A DNA stretch of 64,000 nt from NCBI RefSeq assembly GCF_009914755.1, contig NC_060933.1. The stretch is one strand, 5' to 3'. Below are positions 13,270 through 30,169 of this stretch, piece by piece (position 1 is the first letter of the stretch; every line of letters starts with the position of its first letter). The notes under the pieces are model-generated. The model searched no databases. It was not told where the DNA came from and was given only the letters and a program-made list of their open reading frames with translations. Source of the DNA: the human T2T-CHM13v2.0 reference genome, Homo sapiens. The translations under genes and the position numbers were made by a program.

Positions 13270-14300
13270 AAAAATCACCAAACTACAACTAATGCTTTAT
13301 GTAAGCATTCAGCTAGACTGAATGCTTTCCCCCTAAGATTGAGAATAAAGCAAGGTTGTCCTTTCTCATTGCTCTTATCCAACACATACTGAAAGTTCCA
13401 GTGCAGTAAGACAATTAAAAGAAACAAAAAGCATAAACACTGTAAAGGAAACATGTAGTATAACAAAGAAAAAGAGAGAGAAGACACAAATCACTAATAT
13501 CAGGAATGAACGAGGAGACATCACTACTGACCATATAGACATCAAAATGATAATAAGGGAATACTGTGAACAACTCTACACACATAGATTTTACAACTTA
13601 GATGAAATGGAACAATTCTTTGAAAAATACAACTTATCACAATTCATTCAATATGAACTACATAATTTAATAGCCCTTACAACTATTAAGGAAATTGAAT
13701 TTTTAATTTAAAAACTACCATAAAAAGATATCTTGGGGCCCAGATAGTGCCACAGGGTATTTACACCAAGTGCTTAGAGAAGAATTAGCACTAATGCCAC
13801 ACAATCTGTTGCATAAAATAGAAGAGGCAGTAACACTTTCCAATTCATTTTATGAAGCTATTATTATTACCCTGATACCAAAACCACACAAACCCAGTAA
13901 TAAAAAGGTGGAGGTAGGGTGACTACAACCTAGTGTTCCTCATGATTATAGATGTGACAATCCTTAACAAAATATTAGCAAGTAGATTTCAGCAATATAT
14001 AACAATAAGTGTACACCATGAATAAGAAGGGTTTACGCCAGGGAGGAGAGATTGGTTCAACATTTGAAAATCAGTTCATGTAATCCACCATATTATCAGA
14101 CTAACAAAGACAAAATATATGATCATATTAATCAATACAGAAAATGTATTTCACAAAATTCAATATCTGCTCATAATTTTTTTCAAAAACTCAGAAAAGT
14201 AAGAATAGAGAGGAGCTTCCTTAACTTGATAAAGATCATCTACAGAAAGCTTACAATTAATACTATACTCACCTGTGAACAACTGAATGCGTTCTCTCTG
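13270..14300 (+). mobile_element. Old L1 (L1M) ORF2 fragments
   Basis: A-rich; TTACCCTGATACCAAAACCA, AACAAAATATTAGCAA and other L1 ORF2 hallmarks; many stops. Confidence 0.85.
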
Positions 14301-14520
14301 TCTTAGTCAGTTCCAGCTGCTGTAACAAAATATGACACACTGGGTTGCTTAAACCACAAACATTTATTTCTTACAGTTCTGGGAATGGTAAGAAAAGGAG
14401 CACAGTGCTGGCAGATTTCACGTCTGGTGAGGGCTCTCTTCCTGGTTTGCAGATGGCCACCTTCTTGCTGTATCCTCGCATGGTAGAGAGAAAGGTCTCA
14501 TCTCTCTTCTTTTTATAATG
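14299..14520. mobile_element. MaLR (MLT1A/MST-like) LTR fragment inserted in L1
   Basis: TGTCTTAGTC...GCTGCTGTAACAAAATA...ATTTATTTCTTACAGTTCTGG. Confidence 0.7.
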
Positions 14521-15824
14521 ACATTTGGGAAATAAAAATGAAACCCTAAGCCCCACAACTGGCTGAACGGACTCCCTCTTGGCCAAGCAGGCCCCAAAGT
14601 AACCTTGAAAGCTGAGTTCTAAGCCATGACAGGATGAGGGGATCACACACTCCTCCTTATTACCCCCACCCCCTGCACACACACTAACTGCCATTGGACT
14701 TTATTCCCTAAGGGCTAAATAGAAACCAGCCCTTTCAAAAGACTCCACTGTGGATATCAATCAAGCGCCTGACACTGCTTCTCCCTTTTTTATGGTTTCA
14801 ACACAATTGTCCAGCATTCCTTCCTGATAAGAGACCACTGACCACAGAGTGGTTCTAGCTGGTCTACGTGCAACAGCATGAAGCTCCATTGCCCATGTGT
14901 ATGTTTCTCCTTTCATAACTCTTCCTATAGCTTATTAAATATGCATATTCAGTCACTCTACTGGGCATAAATTCCTGCTCCTTTTTCCTCTCTGTGGAAA
15001 TCTCTGTTTCTAGCTCCTGGCCCAAGGCTACACTTCTCAGCCTGTCAGAATGGCCACCCTGCAGGCTGTAACCCCTTATGAGAAGGAAAACTCTCCTTTC
15101 CAAACGTATGAACCTCATCATTCTTCAGTTGACATGATTGGTAATGAGGATGGGATCTGCAGAGAGCACCAGTTTCTCCCAGCATGATTGGAAGTCAATG
15201 CATCAAGGTCTTCAGCTCAGCTGTCTCCCCAGCTGACCACACAGGGAGGAAGCCAGGTAAGGTCCCCTGGATCTGAGATCTCCTGCTTTTAGATTGAAGA
15301 CTTCAGAGACTTTTATTTCTCTCCATCCCTTCCCTTTATTTCTTCCTGTTTCCTCCTCAGTCCCTGTCCTGGTTCCCTCCATCTGGACTCTGGAGGGAAT
15401 GTCTTTGTTGGCCCAGGTTTAGGAGGGGAACTTCCCAGTCCAGTCAGATTCAGCTGGTCCATAAGATTTTATGAGGACTCTCACACTAAGGACACTCTAA
15501 GGAACCCTTCCTAAGGTAAGTGTAATTGCAGAGAACCCTAGTGCTAGGCAAGAACCTTAGTTCTAAAGGGAAAGCATAGAAAGCCTTAGTTCTAAGAGAA
15601 AAGTCTCTGTTCAGCCACCATAAGAGACCCCAGAGGCTTCCATGTTGAAAAATGATGGGGTGATCGGATTTCTTTTAAAAAAGAAAACATGATAGTGTCA
15701 TGGCTAGCCTTAAAAATGCTCTTGAATAAATGAAAGAGAAAAATCTAACCTAAAACAAAGCTAAAATCTTTGGAGACTCAAACTCCTTACTTCAGATGGC
15801 CTGAGGGAATAACAAAAGCCATCG

Positions 15825-15896
15825 TTCTTTGTGGTCTAATAGTTAAAATTCTGCGATTTCACTGCCATGGCCTGGGTTTGATTCCTGGTCAGGGAA
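15825..15896 (+). pseudogene. tRNA-Glu(TTC)-derived relic inside the ERV leader
   Basis: 72 nt, colinear without gaps with tRNA-Glu TCCCTGGTGGTCTAGTGG...TTTCAC...GGTTCGATTCCCGGTCAGGGAA; about 16 mismatches, mostly C>T/G>A. Confidence 0.75.
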
Positions 15897-16120
15897 TTCT
15901 TTTGGTTTGATATTTGTGTGACTTTTCCCAGTTATTGATGCTTTTCCATTCCATTGACGGCTTTTGATTTCCTGTCTTCTGCCGGTGAAGGCATACAGGG
16001 ATTTGGGGCCTCTGTGTGTAGACCATCAGCTGGGAAGCTAAGACCCTAGAAAATATAGCCAGATAGAAATGTGGGTTGTGCCCCATTTATGGCGAGTGAA
16101 AGTTTCCTTTCTTGGAGCTG

Positions 16121-16497
16121 TGATATGGTTTGGCTGTGTCCCCACCCAAATCTCATCTTGTAGATCCCATAATTCCCACATGTTGTGGGAGGGATCCGGT
16201 GGGAGATGACTGAATCGTGGGGGAGGGTCTTTCCCTTGCTGATCTCCTGACAGTGAATGGGTCTCACAAGATCTGATGGTTTTAAACATGGGAGTTTCTC
16301 TGCGCAGGCTCTCTCTCTCTTTGCCTGCCGCCATTCACGGAAGATGTGACTTGCTCCTCCTTGCCTTCCGCCATGATTGTGAGGCCTCCCCAGCCACGTG
16401 GAACTGTGAGTCCAATTAAACCTCTTTGTTTTGTAAATTACCCAGTCTCAGTCTCAGGTATGTCTTTATCAGCAGCATGAAAACAGACTACAATACA
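16121..16497. mobile_element. THE1 solo LTR
   Basis: TGATATGGTTTGGCTGTGTCCCCACCCAAATCTCATCTTG...AATACA; TSD AGCTG at 16116-16120 and 16498-16502. Confidence 0.9.
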
Positions 16498-16795
16498 AGC
16501 TGTCATTGAGGTGATTCTGGATCTTGTGACGACTACCTTGCACCTGTTTGGAGATGTCTCATGCATCCTTGGTTAAGTCATAACCTTGGTTAAGGTTTGT
16601 TGGTTTCACTTGGAAAGTTATCTTTGGTAAAGAAGTTCAAAAGCCAGAAATATAAGCTGTTTGTCCTGGCTAAAATCTGTTAATAAGATATTTAAATGGA
16701 TTTTTTTTTCTTTTAAAGAGCTCCAAGGTTAGAAGTCAGATTAATTAAAAGCTGATTGCAAGCTATAATTATATTTTTTAAAAAGTCTTTATGCT

Positions 16796-17107
<312 letters not shown>

Positions 17108-17264
17108 TTAGGCCTTTTTCCTTTTCGGATCCTGTTTTTGAAAAATATTCTTCTCAATCAACTGATTTTTGTCTGTTTCTCCACTTATTTGTGTCTGTCC
17201 TTCCTTCCTCTTGCCACCCCTAATGCTTACTTGAGAGGATCTGAAATAGTTTCTAACAGCCTAC

Positions 17265-19827
<2,563 letters not shown>

Positions 19828-20019
19828 CTACAGTAATGCAGACAGTGTGATGTCACACAAGGATTGGCAACTTGATCAATGGAACAGAAAAGAGGCTCAC
19901 AAACAGACTCCACACAGCTCCAGATCAATGACGAAGGCAGAGCTGGGGGGTGGGGTGGGGGGCTAAGAAATTCTCTGTTAATGGTGTGGCATCACTTAGG
20001 GAAGCGTGAAGAAGATGCA

Positions 20020-20456
<437 letters not shown>

Positions 20457-20668
20457 TAAACCAGGCTCCAAAACAGCCCACCATGAAAGAAAAGTTTAGG
20501 TAAATTGGATTATGTAGTGATTAAGACCCAATTAACAGGGCGAAAAGGCAACCCACAGAGCAGTTGTTCACCGAGAGGATTTGTCCAAGAGAGGATTTCC
20601 ATCCAGAATGGAAAGGAAAGGCAACGCCACTGAAAACTGACAAGCATCTCGAACAGAACCTTAGCCTA

Positions 20669-21183
<515 letters not shown>

Positions 21184-21914
21184 TTAACATGGTTATTCAT
21201 CAGGAAAAACGTAAATTAAAACTGCAATGCAACACCCGCCCACCAGAGGGCGAACAGGAAGGACGCTGCTTTGTAATCTATGGGGTGGCCTTTGAGTCCT
21301 GTGTTGTGTCATTACCCTCGTGGGGCAGCGTGGGGCGCAGGCGTGGGTGCCTTCCCCAGGTCGCGCTGGTCTTTCAGGATGTGTTCAGGACAGCAGTGGA
21401 CATGGCCACTCCCAACAGTGTCCCCACCCTGCCGCTGACTCCATGGGTCCCTCATAAGGGAAGAGCCTTGTTTCCCCAAATCATCACCCAGTCCTGCTCT
21501 GGCAGCCGCCGCAGCACCCTGGAAATGCTGATTGTCCCATCTCACGTAACTGTCACAGCTGCTCCCCTAACCACTGTGCTCCCCCTCCCCTGACAGGGAC
21601 CCCCGTGACCTGGGACAGCCGCCCCACTCCAGCCTGACGTGACCCCGGCTCCGCTAGGCCTCAGCATGGTTTTCTCCCCCATCGACCCCTATCCCTAAAC
21701 AACTGCATAGATGATTAGCCATAGATTCCGCAGCCTCTGGACACCCTCCCCCTGGGGCTGCCTCTTTCCCAGGCTCGGGGGCCATGTGGCATCCCAAATC
21801 TCACAGGTCAGCATGCACCCTGCTGATGGGTTCCGAGTTACCCCCTCCACGGATGGCAGATCTGCCTCCAGGGTTTTCGCAACTTAATTCCGCTGCACAA
21901 GTCCAGGGGGGTTC

Positions 21915-22195
21915 TTTCTTTCTTTCTTTCTTTCTTTCTTTATTTTAATTTTTTTTTTTTTTTGAGACCGAGTTTCACTCTCGTCACCCAGGTTGGAGGC
22001 AGGATCTCAGCTCAGTGCAACCTCTGCCTCCCAGGTTCAAGCAACTCTCCTGTCTCAGCCTCCCGAGTAGTTGGGACTATACGTGTGTGCCACCACGCCC
22101 AGCTAGTTTTCATACTTTTAGTAGAGATGGGGTTTCACCATGTTGGCCAGGCTGGTCTCGAACTCCTGAGCTCAGGTGATCCACTTGCCTCGGCC
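21915..22195 (-). mobile_element. Alu with (TTTC)n-derived tail
   Basis: Reverse-complement Alu. Confidence 0.9.
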
Positions 22196-24145
22196 TTCAG
22201 AGGTTTTCTAACCCTGGTGCTGATCCCTATAGAAGAGCAGGGAATGCAGTGACAAATTAGAAGCAAGTCCAACATTGCAGGCAGCTGGAGCTCCCGGGGC
22301 TGGAGCGTGGACAGAATGGATGCCGAGCCCACAGGCAGCCCCCGAGGAGTTTGTCACCTTGAATCCCGAAGGATTTAACTCATACAAAATTCGCCTCACC
22401 GGAGGATGTGCGGCCCCGGCCGTTGACGTCCCCACGATGGCCACTTGGTGGCGCCCGAGTCCTCTGAGTGCGTGGAAGGGCCCTGGGAAAAATCGGGCCA
22501 AATTTTACAGAAATATTGGTGGAAAATGTGACCCAAGAAGTCCAGCCATCCTGCTTTCATCTGCGTTTATGACAGCCCTGGAGGACAGCAACTGTCGGGC
22601 AAGACTCGGAAGCCCCACCGAGTGGACCAGGTGGACTTCTACCAGGGAGTCTTTCAGTGGCCCTAACCCTCGTTCTGAGACACCTGCTGTGCCTGAGCCA
22701 CCCACCCTCACTCTGCAGCCTAAGAGTCGCAGATTCTTCCTAAACCGGATTCTTCCGAGGTAGGCTTTGCTGTCACCGTTGAGCCGGATGTTCGCTGGGT
22801 CCACTGACCCGCCCACCAAGGCACAGAGACCATCACCGTGTGAGCTGTGCACGGCGAGCCCGGCTCAGAGGCCGAGAAGCTGAGACTCACACGGTTGCCT
22901 CCCGCCCGCTGCACCTGTCCACCACAGCACGCTCAGACCCCGCAAGGGCCTGGGGTGCCTCCGTGGGGATACCTCTGAGATCCCAAAGCGCACCCCTGGC
23001 CGTGCATGGGGGACACACTCCTCATGAGGTGGGGGCGTTTGGTAGGGGTTCCCGGGGGTGCCCTGTGCCTGTGGGTCAAGCTAATTTGGAAACGCTGCCA
23101 CAGCACTGGCCTCCCCATGTCCGTGATGGTGCATTGAAGAAAGCAGCTTCACCCTTGGACACAGGTGGGCGTCATGACCATGACAACCAGCAGGCCGAGG
23201 GGGCGTTCGGGGCAAGAGGGATGGCGGACATAGGGCACCTCAGCCTCAGCCCCCAGCAGGCCCAGAGCATACAGCGGCCAGGTGGGTCTCAGCCTCCAGA
23301 GTGTTGCTGACTTGCTAATGAGGAAGGAGGAAAGGAGGGAAGCAGGGAGGGAGGGAGAGGGGAGGGAGAGAACTGCCAAGCACACCTGCAAGGCAGGAGG
23401 TCTTGAAGGAGAATCCTGTCGGTCCCAGGTCCCGCCTCCCTTCTGGTTCCTTCCGGGGTGACCTGCACACTGGGGTCCCGGCTCCCTTCCCGTGCCTTTC
23501 GGGGGTGGCCGGCACGTCCCAGTGCTTTGCTCGCTGTCTCAGCAGAATTCTTTTCAGTTTGTTTATTTTTTCCCACTTGTTTTCAAAAAGGAGTTCCGGC
23601 CTGGGTTTTCAGGCCTGTTTGCTATGGAAGAGCAGGTTCCTGGAGCACCGCCAAGGCCCGCTGCCTGGATGGAGGCAGCTTCCACGCGGCATGTTTGGGT
23701 GGAAACGTCCAAAGGGAGAATCTGCAGAATCTGGGGCACCTGACACCCGACGCTTCTCGGGCTTTCTGCCCATGTGGCCAGGCTTGGGCCCTGACTGTCT
23801 CCCAGGTGACCTCCATCTCTGACCCACCAGCCTGGCCTTGGTGAGTGATAGTGGGGTCCCCAGGGGGCCATGGGTGTCCCCAACACTGCCTGGGCCATGC
23901 TGGCTCCTATCCTTCACACCTGGGATGCAGGCCAGTGGCTCCTGATCAGCTCTCGTGTCTCAGGGTCGCCGGTGGCCGTGTTGGCTGGGACATCAGTGTG
24001 GCAGGGGAGGGTGATTGGCAACTGTTGGGCCTGCCGCTCCTTGATGAGTGGACCTGGCTCCCTCTGCTCAGAGCCTGTTTCCCCTCTGCCCTCCCCCTGT
24101 CCCCGTGGGATTCCCTGGGTGGAAGAGGCAGGACCTGATGGCATA

Positions 24146-24578
24146 GGCTGGGCATGGGGGCTCACACCTGACATCCTGGCTATTTGGGAAGCTGAAGCGG
24201 GAGGATCGCTTCAGCCAAGGGGTCAAAGACTAGCCTGGGCAAAACAGGGAGACCCCATCACTATGTAATTTTTTTTCTGGGGGGATGGAGTCTCGCTCTG
24301 TCGCCCAGGCTGAAGTGCAGTGGCACGATCTCGGCTCACTGCAGCCTCTGCCTCCCAGGTTCAAGCTATTCTTCTGCCTCAGCCTCCTGAGTAGCTGGGA
24401 TTACAGGTGTAGCTGGGATTACAGTCGCCCACCACACCTGGCTAATTTTTGTATTTTTAGTAGAGACGGGGTTTCACCATGTTGGCCAGGCTGGTCTCGA
24501 ACTCCTGACGTCAAGTGATCGGCCTGCCTCAACCTCCCAAAGTGCTGGGATTACAGGTGTGAGCCACCGCGCCCAGCC
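24146..24578. mobile_element. FLAM-like monomer (+, 24146-24265) abutting an Alu (-, 24268-24578)
   Basis: Alu consensus in opposite orientations. Confidence 0.85.
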
Positions 24579-26501
24579 TGCTAGTTGTTTTCAGTGAACA
24601 TGTGTTCTCTCCAGGCCACAAGGGGGTCACCGTTCTGAGGCTGGAGGTGGCAGCCTCACAGGGTCCCCGTGGAACGGCTCCCAGCTGGCCAGGAAGGTGT
24701 GCAGATGGGGTGGGGCAGGAATAGCCCACAGCAGAGCAGTGGGGCTTCAGGGACTGGCTGCGGCTGCCACCCCACAGGCAGGCACGGGTCCGGTCTTCTC
24801 CTCCTCCACTGGGACCCTGGCCTGCAGAAGGCCCCTTACCACGCCGACAGGGGCCTGTGAAATGCAAACCCAGCTGTATCCAGCAACTACTCCCACCACG
24901 CAGGTGAGCCTGGCTTCTGCCCATGGGCCAGGAGCTCACGGGGCCTGGCCCAGCTACTTGGTGACTTCATGGAGCACCACCCACCTTCACTGAGCCCCCA
25001 GAGCCCTGGGCCTCTGGGACCCACCCCGGCGGGGCTCGCTCGAGTAGGGGGCTGGGCTGTCGCTGGCTCCGCTGGGTCCCTCACACATGCTGTTCCCACC
25101 TCTGGAACACTGTTTCTGACTACTCCTGTCACCTCGCCCCACTCAGAAAGGCGGACAGCTGTCACAGCCCCACCCCCACCTGGGTAGCTCTGTGTGGGGC
25201 CCCAGCTGCGCTGCAAGTTCCAGAAGCCTCTATGGACCTCACGCGTGGCCATCTCTCCCCATCCTGGAGGTGCACGCGGTGTGTGCCAGGTGAGCTGATG
25301 TCTACAGAGCTGCCACCTGCCACTCTGCTGTCCGCCTGCATCACCAGGTTTCTGGGCCTTTCCTCCCATTTATCCTTCAGATGAACGCAGTCGCTCTCCT
25401 CCTTCCCGCCTTTTCTCTACTCCGAAAGCCCCCTTGCTTCAGTGTCTGGGATCTGATGGGTAAAGTCTGATTTCACACTCAGCCCTTTGTGGTACCACAG
25501 ACCGTGCAAGGCCTGGTTCTGTCGGCCCAGCCCCACCCTCAGCTCTCGGCCAGGCCCCTGAGCACTTTGCTGACCTTTATCAAGGTTGCTTCTGGGAACA
25601 AGCGTGTGGCTTTCTGAGGAGAATGTGAACATTCCCACAACATCCAGAGAATCTCGAGTTTCCTCTCGTGCACAGAAGGAAACGCGTACTCACGGTCACA
25701 CAAACAGAAATGTGTCTGTGGACATGCATCACACGTGTGTGCTCACACTCATGCACACGCACAGGCTCAGGCACGCGTGCTCACAGGCGCACATGTGTGC
25801 ACACAGGTCAGAGTAGCAGGAGGGCTGCCAGAGCCCCCCAGGCAGCCATTGCGGGGACACAACAAGGCCTCTGCTCAGCTCCCCTGACAGCCACTGCCCC
25901 ACCTGTCCGGCTGCCATGGTCCAGAGACCCAGCTCACCCACGTGGTGACAGCCATTCTATGTCCCCAAAGCAGCTGGAAGCTGCTTGCGCGTGGAGACTG
26001 GGAGACAGGGTCCAAGGCCCCAGGGGCAAAAGTACGGCCTCATCTCCAGTGGTTCTTAAGCTCGTGGTGGCCACAGGCTCTTGGGAGTCTAGGGAAAGCC
26101 ATGGCCTCTTCCCAGAGAAACATGGAGAACCCCCACCAAGCGACCCGCAGTGGGGCTGAGATTTCAGGGCCCTCAGGTGTGCCCTGGTCTAGATCTCTCC
26201 CAGGCCCATCCCAGTCCCGTGAGGGCAGCCCAGCCCCGAGACCCCGCCTGACCTTATCAGCAGAAGCTGATGTCACCCGAGGCTGGCAGCGTCTGGAAGG
26301 CCCTGGCTCGCCACATGTTTTGATTCCGGCGGGTGGTGCAAGGTGGGGAGGGAGCTGGTGGGTGAGGAGCCTGGGCCTATTCTCTTTGGGCCACCCTGCC
26401 TCTGAAGCAGCGCATAGAAGCACCTGGGCGAAGCCATTTATCCACCCTGCAGCCCCATGTCCCCGCAGCCCCATGTCCCCAAATGGCCATAATCAGGGAC
26501 G

Positions 26502-29500
26502 ATGAGGCTGTGGCCCCGCAGCATGGGGCTGGGCCTGGCCTGAGCCCTGCGGTATGACAGCCAGACTTCCATCCTGAGCAGGAGGTGCTCCAGGGGTTCT
26601 GGGGGCAGGGTGTGTGGGGGCAGCCGATGTTCCCGAGGCCTGTCCTGGAACCCTGCCACCCCACAGCACACTGTGCACTCCATGGCACTCTGCAGGCGGA
26701 GATGCTGAGGCACAGGCCTCCTGCTACACGGGGAGGTGGCAGTGAGGGGACAGCTGAGTCAGGCCCGTCGTGGGCACTGCTCTGAGAACTCACAGGGCTC
26801 TGAACGTGCTGACAGAGGGAGACCTGCAGAATGATACCCCTGGAGAGGGCAGGAACCACGGGATACTGACCCTCACTCCTCTGGGCTCCCCTCAGGGTGT
26901 GGGCCACCTGAGACCTCCCCACGGGCTGGCCAGGGTCCAAGCAGGGCTCAGAACCTGGGGCCCTTGGCCAGGCCTGCCTACCGTGTTCCCCACAGCCACA
27001 GACCCAGCAGCCCCAGGTAGGAGAAGATGCAGGGAAACCCCACCACCCCCTCAGCGTCACCCGTGGCCCAAAAGGGGCCACACCAGGCTGGCCAGCCCAG
27101 CTGGGGAGGGGGTTCAGAGTCAGCGGCCCCCAAGACCCCGGCCCAGAACATGACATGAGAGAAAGTGCACACCCACCCTGTGCACACCCGGCCCCCATCG
27201 CTGCTGCAGCCCAGGACCTGGGGACGAGGGGCTCATCAGGGCTGCCACGGGCTGGACACCAGGCCTTGCTGCCTCCAGGTGGAGGGGCCATGACATTCCG
27301 TGAAACTCGGTGTCACCAAGGACCATCACTGAGGGCGGAGGCGCCCCCGCGTCTGTGTTTCATGTCAGACATCAAACTCCTGGAAAACGGCAGCTCGAAG
27401 ACCTATTCCTGCGTGCGACAGGGGCTCTGATGGCCGCCCACCCCGCCCCCAGGTCTCCACTTCCGCTCCCCCTCCTCCCCTCGGAGAGCCCAGGGCTGAA
27501 TCCCCGCACCCAACCCCTTCCCCCTGGGCTTCCCTATTGCTTATGGCTCCCCCCAAGCCCTGAGCCCCCAGGGGGGCCTTGATAACAGGGCTCAGGGCCG
27601 CCCGTCTGAGCTGCTCCCCTGGAAGGTGGGATGGCAGCCCTCGGCTCCTCCTGGGTGAACCCAAGGCCGGCGACCTATTCACGCCCCAGGTGACCCTAAC
27701 AGCGCCAGCTCTAGCAGGCACGCCTCACAAGGAAGGCTGCTTCTGTTTTAGAAAAAACAAAGTGCGTGAAAGAATTCTACATGGGAGAAGACACCCAGGG
27801 GACTACACTTTGATCATGAGTAGAAGTCACCGTGGCTCCCAGGTGGCTCACATGGGGGTTGGCGTGAGCTAGTTGTTGATGTAAATGTGACCTGGTGGGA
27901 AGGTTCCAGAAGGGGCAGTGAGGTGAGGTGGGGCAGGAATGAGGAGATGACACCACAGAAATTCAAAAACCCCGAGCAGTGGCTCCACAGCTGTGCGTCT
28001 CAGACTCCCAGGGTCCCGCACACTCGGGCAGGTCCCCTCCCCACCAGCTGAAAGTCTGAGACAGGCGGGGTGGTTGGGGGGAGGCCGCTGCGGGGAGGGG
28101 CACGCCAGGGTCTGGGGTGCACATAAGATTTCCCTTTGGGAATAAAAGTCACGGCTGGAAGTTTGAGGAACAGAGGGAGGTGAGCTTCACGCTCCTGGGT
28201 GCTCCATGGACGGGCGTCCTGTTAAGCCAGGGCCTGGGCTGGGTGAGCCTGAGGCAGAGAGGCACTGAAGGCAGGATTTGCTAGAGTTAGGAAGGTCCTT
28301 CCGCCCCCTCTTCCATGCGTCTGGCCTGCCATCCTTCTGACCTAGAGAGACACAGAGAAGGAGAGACAGAGAGAGAGAGAAACAGAGATGGAGAGACAGA
28401 GAGAGACAGACAGAGAGACAGAGATGGGGAGACAGAAAGAGACAGACAGAGAGACAGTGATGGAGAGACAGAGGCAGACAGAGAGATAGAGATGGAGAGA
28501 CAGAGACAGGCAGAAAGATGGACAGAGGCAGAGAGATAGAGATGGAGAGACAGAGACAGGCAGAAAGAGATAGAGGCAGACAGACAGAGATGGAGAGGCA
28601 GAGACAGACAGAGAGACAGAGATGGAGAGACAGAGACAGACAGAGATGGAGATAGACAGAGGCAGACAGAGAGACAGAGATGGAGAGACAGAGACAGACA
28701 GACGGAGAGACAGAGGCAGACAGAGATGGAAAGACAGAGACAGAGAGACAGAGATGGAGAGACAGAGAAAAAGAGAGACAGAGATGGAGAGACAGAGAGA
28801 GACAGACAGAGAGACAGAGAAAAACAGAGAGAGAGACAGAGATGGAGAGACAAAGAGAGACAGACAGAGAGACAGAGACACATGACGTCAGTGGTCTGGG
28901 TCTGTGCCTGTGGTTTGATCCTGGGCTCCAGGTGCCCATCGAGGACTGAGCTGTGAGGGAGATGGGGGTCGGGGCTGAGCCAGCTGGGAGGGGCAGGGCA
29001 CACTGGGGTGGGAGGTGGCTGGTGGATCCCCACATCTGTGAGCTGTTCCATTTTCTGTCATAGAGAAGGGCAAAAACGATCTCACTCTCATGGCTCTGAC
29101 TTTGCCATGACTGACACGGAAAATCACAAGGGAGGCAGCCTCCCTGTGGCAGAGGCCTGAGGTAGGTGCTGCTCGACTCCTGGACAGGAGCACCCATACC
29201 GGGACAGTGGAAGGAGAAAAGGAACAGAGTCCAGGGGGGTGGGCTGTGAGGGTCAGGGGCTGGAGCCCCCTCCCACGGGCTGGTCTCCCTCCATGGAGAT
29301 GCCAGGGTACCCTCTTCACCTGCCATCCTGATCACAGATGGTTTTGGTCACCTGTGACCTCCCTGGCACCCCACCCCCTCAACCCCATGCACCACCTGGT
29401 GCAGCCCTGGTGGCCGCAGAAATGGCTGTGTGGGTGAGCGTGGGCAGCAGGTACATGAGACCCACACACCTACAGAAGGCATCAGGAAGGGACAGCGTTG

Positions 29501-29522
29501 GGGGCCACTTGTGTAGCCTCGG
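26502..29522 (+). pseudogene. Lipocalin locus C: degenerate unprocessed lipocalin pseudogene
   Basis: Exon1-like 26502-26581 (GLGLA*A../QPDFHPEQ); exon2 27279-~27412 (VEGP*HSVKLGVT../TITEGG../LCFMSDIKLLENGS; GxW Trp is TGA at 27291-27293); exon3 27752-~27815 (KCVKEFYMGE../PGDYT; donor ATGAGT); exon4 29064-29161 (KGKNDLTLMA/DFAMTDTENHKGGSLPVAEA*; GT donor); exon5 tentative 29420-29522. Confidence 0.8.
28343..28880. repeat. (GAGACA/GACAGA/GATGGA)n purine-rich compound repeat
   Basis: Directly visible; lies in intron 3 of locus C. Confidence 0.95.
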
Positions 29523-30169
29523 GTCTTGCTGGGACCTGAACTGTAGCAGGCTATGGGATGACCACACTCCCCAATAGGAAATTCACCCTGACAGCACGTG
29601 TGCCAAGAGGCAGCCAGGAGACCAGGGGCCGTCTGGGGTGGGTTTAGCTGGTCCAGGGCTCTGCAGAGTCTGGGACTGGGCTACTGCTGCTGTGGGCAGG
29701 GCTGGGGGGTCACTGAGCTCCAGCAGTGACTTCTGCTTTCTGCTTTAATCCACACCAAGGTGCACAAACTCCAGCTGTGGGTGAATTGACCCCTGGCCCT
29801 GTCCACATCTGCTGCTCTGGGCCAGCGGCCTTTTCCACCAGAAGGGATGGGGTCTTGCTCCAAGGATGGCCCTCCCGGTGCAGTCCCCAGTCCACTGGGC
29901 CAGAGGCCAATGGGCGGTGCTGGTTAAAGATGGCTGGTCCAGGGCCTGGCCTGTCAGAACATCCAGGTAGGAAGGGAATCTACAGACCGAGGAAGACCCT
30001 ACTCTCTCTACCCAGGTGTGCAGGGCTCGCAGAGCAGGTGGGGACCCTCCAGAAGCTCCCACTGAGGTCTCAGGAAGAGCCACAGCCTCCTCCCACCCCA
30101 GATGGCATGAAACTGGCACCTGGTCTTGGTGCCCCCTGCCTTGTCTCCAGTCACCCCTTCTGTCTGCCC

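Noticed and set aside
15825-15896. Functional tRNA-Glu gene
   Set aside because: Stem-breaking substitutions and a degenerate T-loop/B-box (GGTTTGATTCC); kept only as a relic
24828-24903. GACEMQTQLYPATTPTTQ followed by a good donor, as exon 3 of a fifth lipocalin
   Set aside because: Wrong ending phase and no flanking lipocalin exons in the right order
28187-29335. 382-aa and 254-aa - strand ORFs rich in S/L/V/C
   Set aside because: Translation of the (GAGACA)n repeat; no domain or splice support
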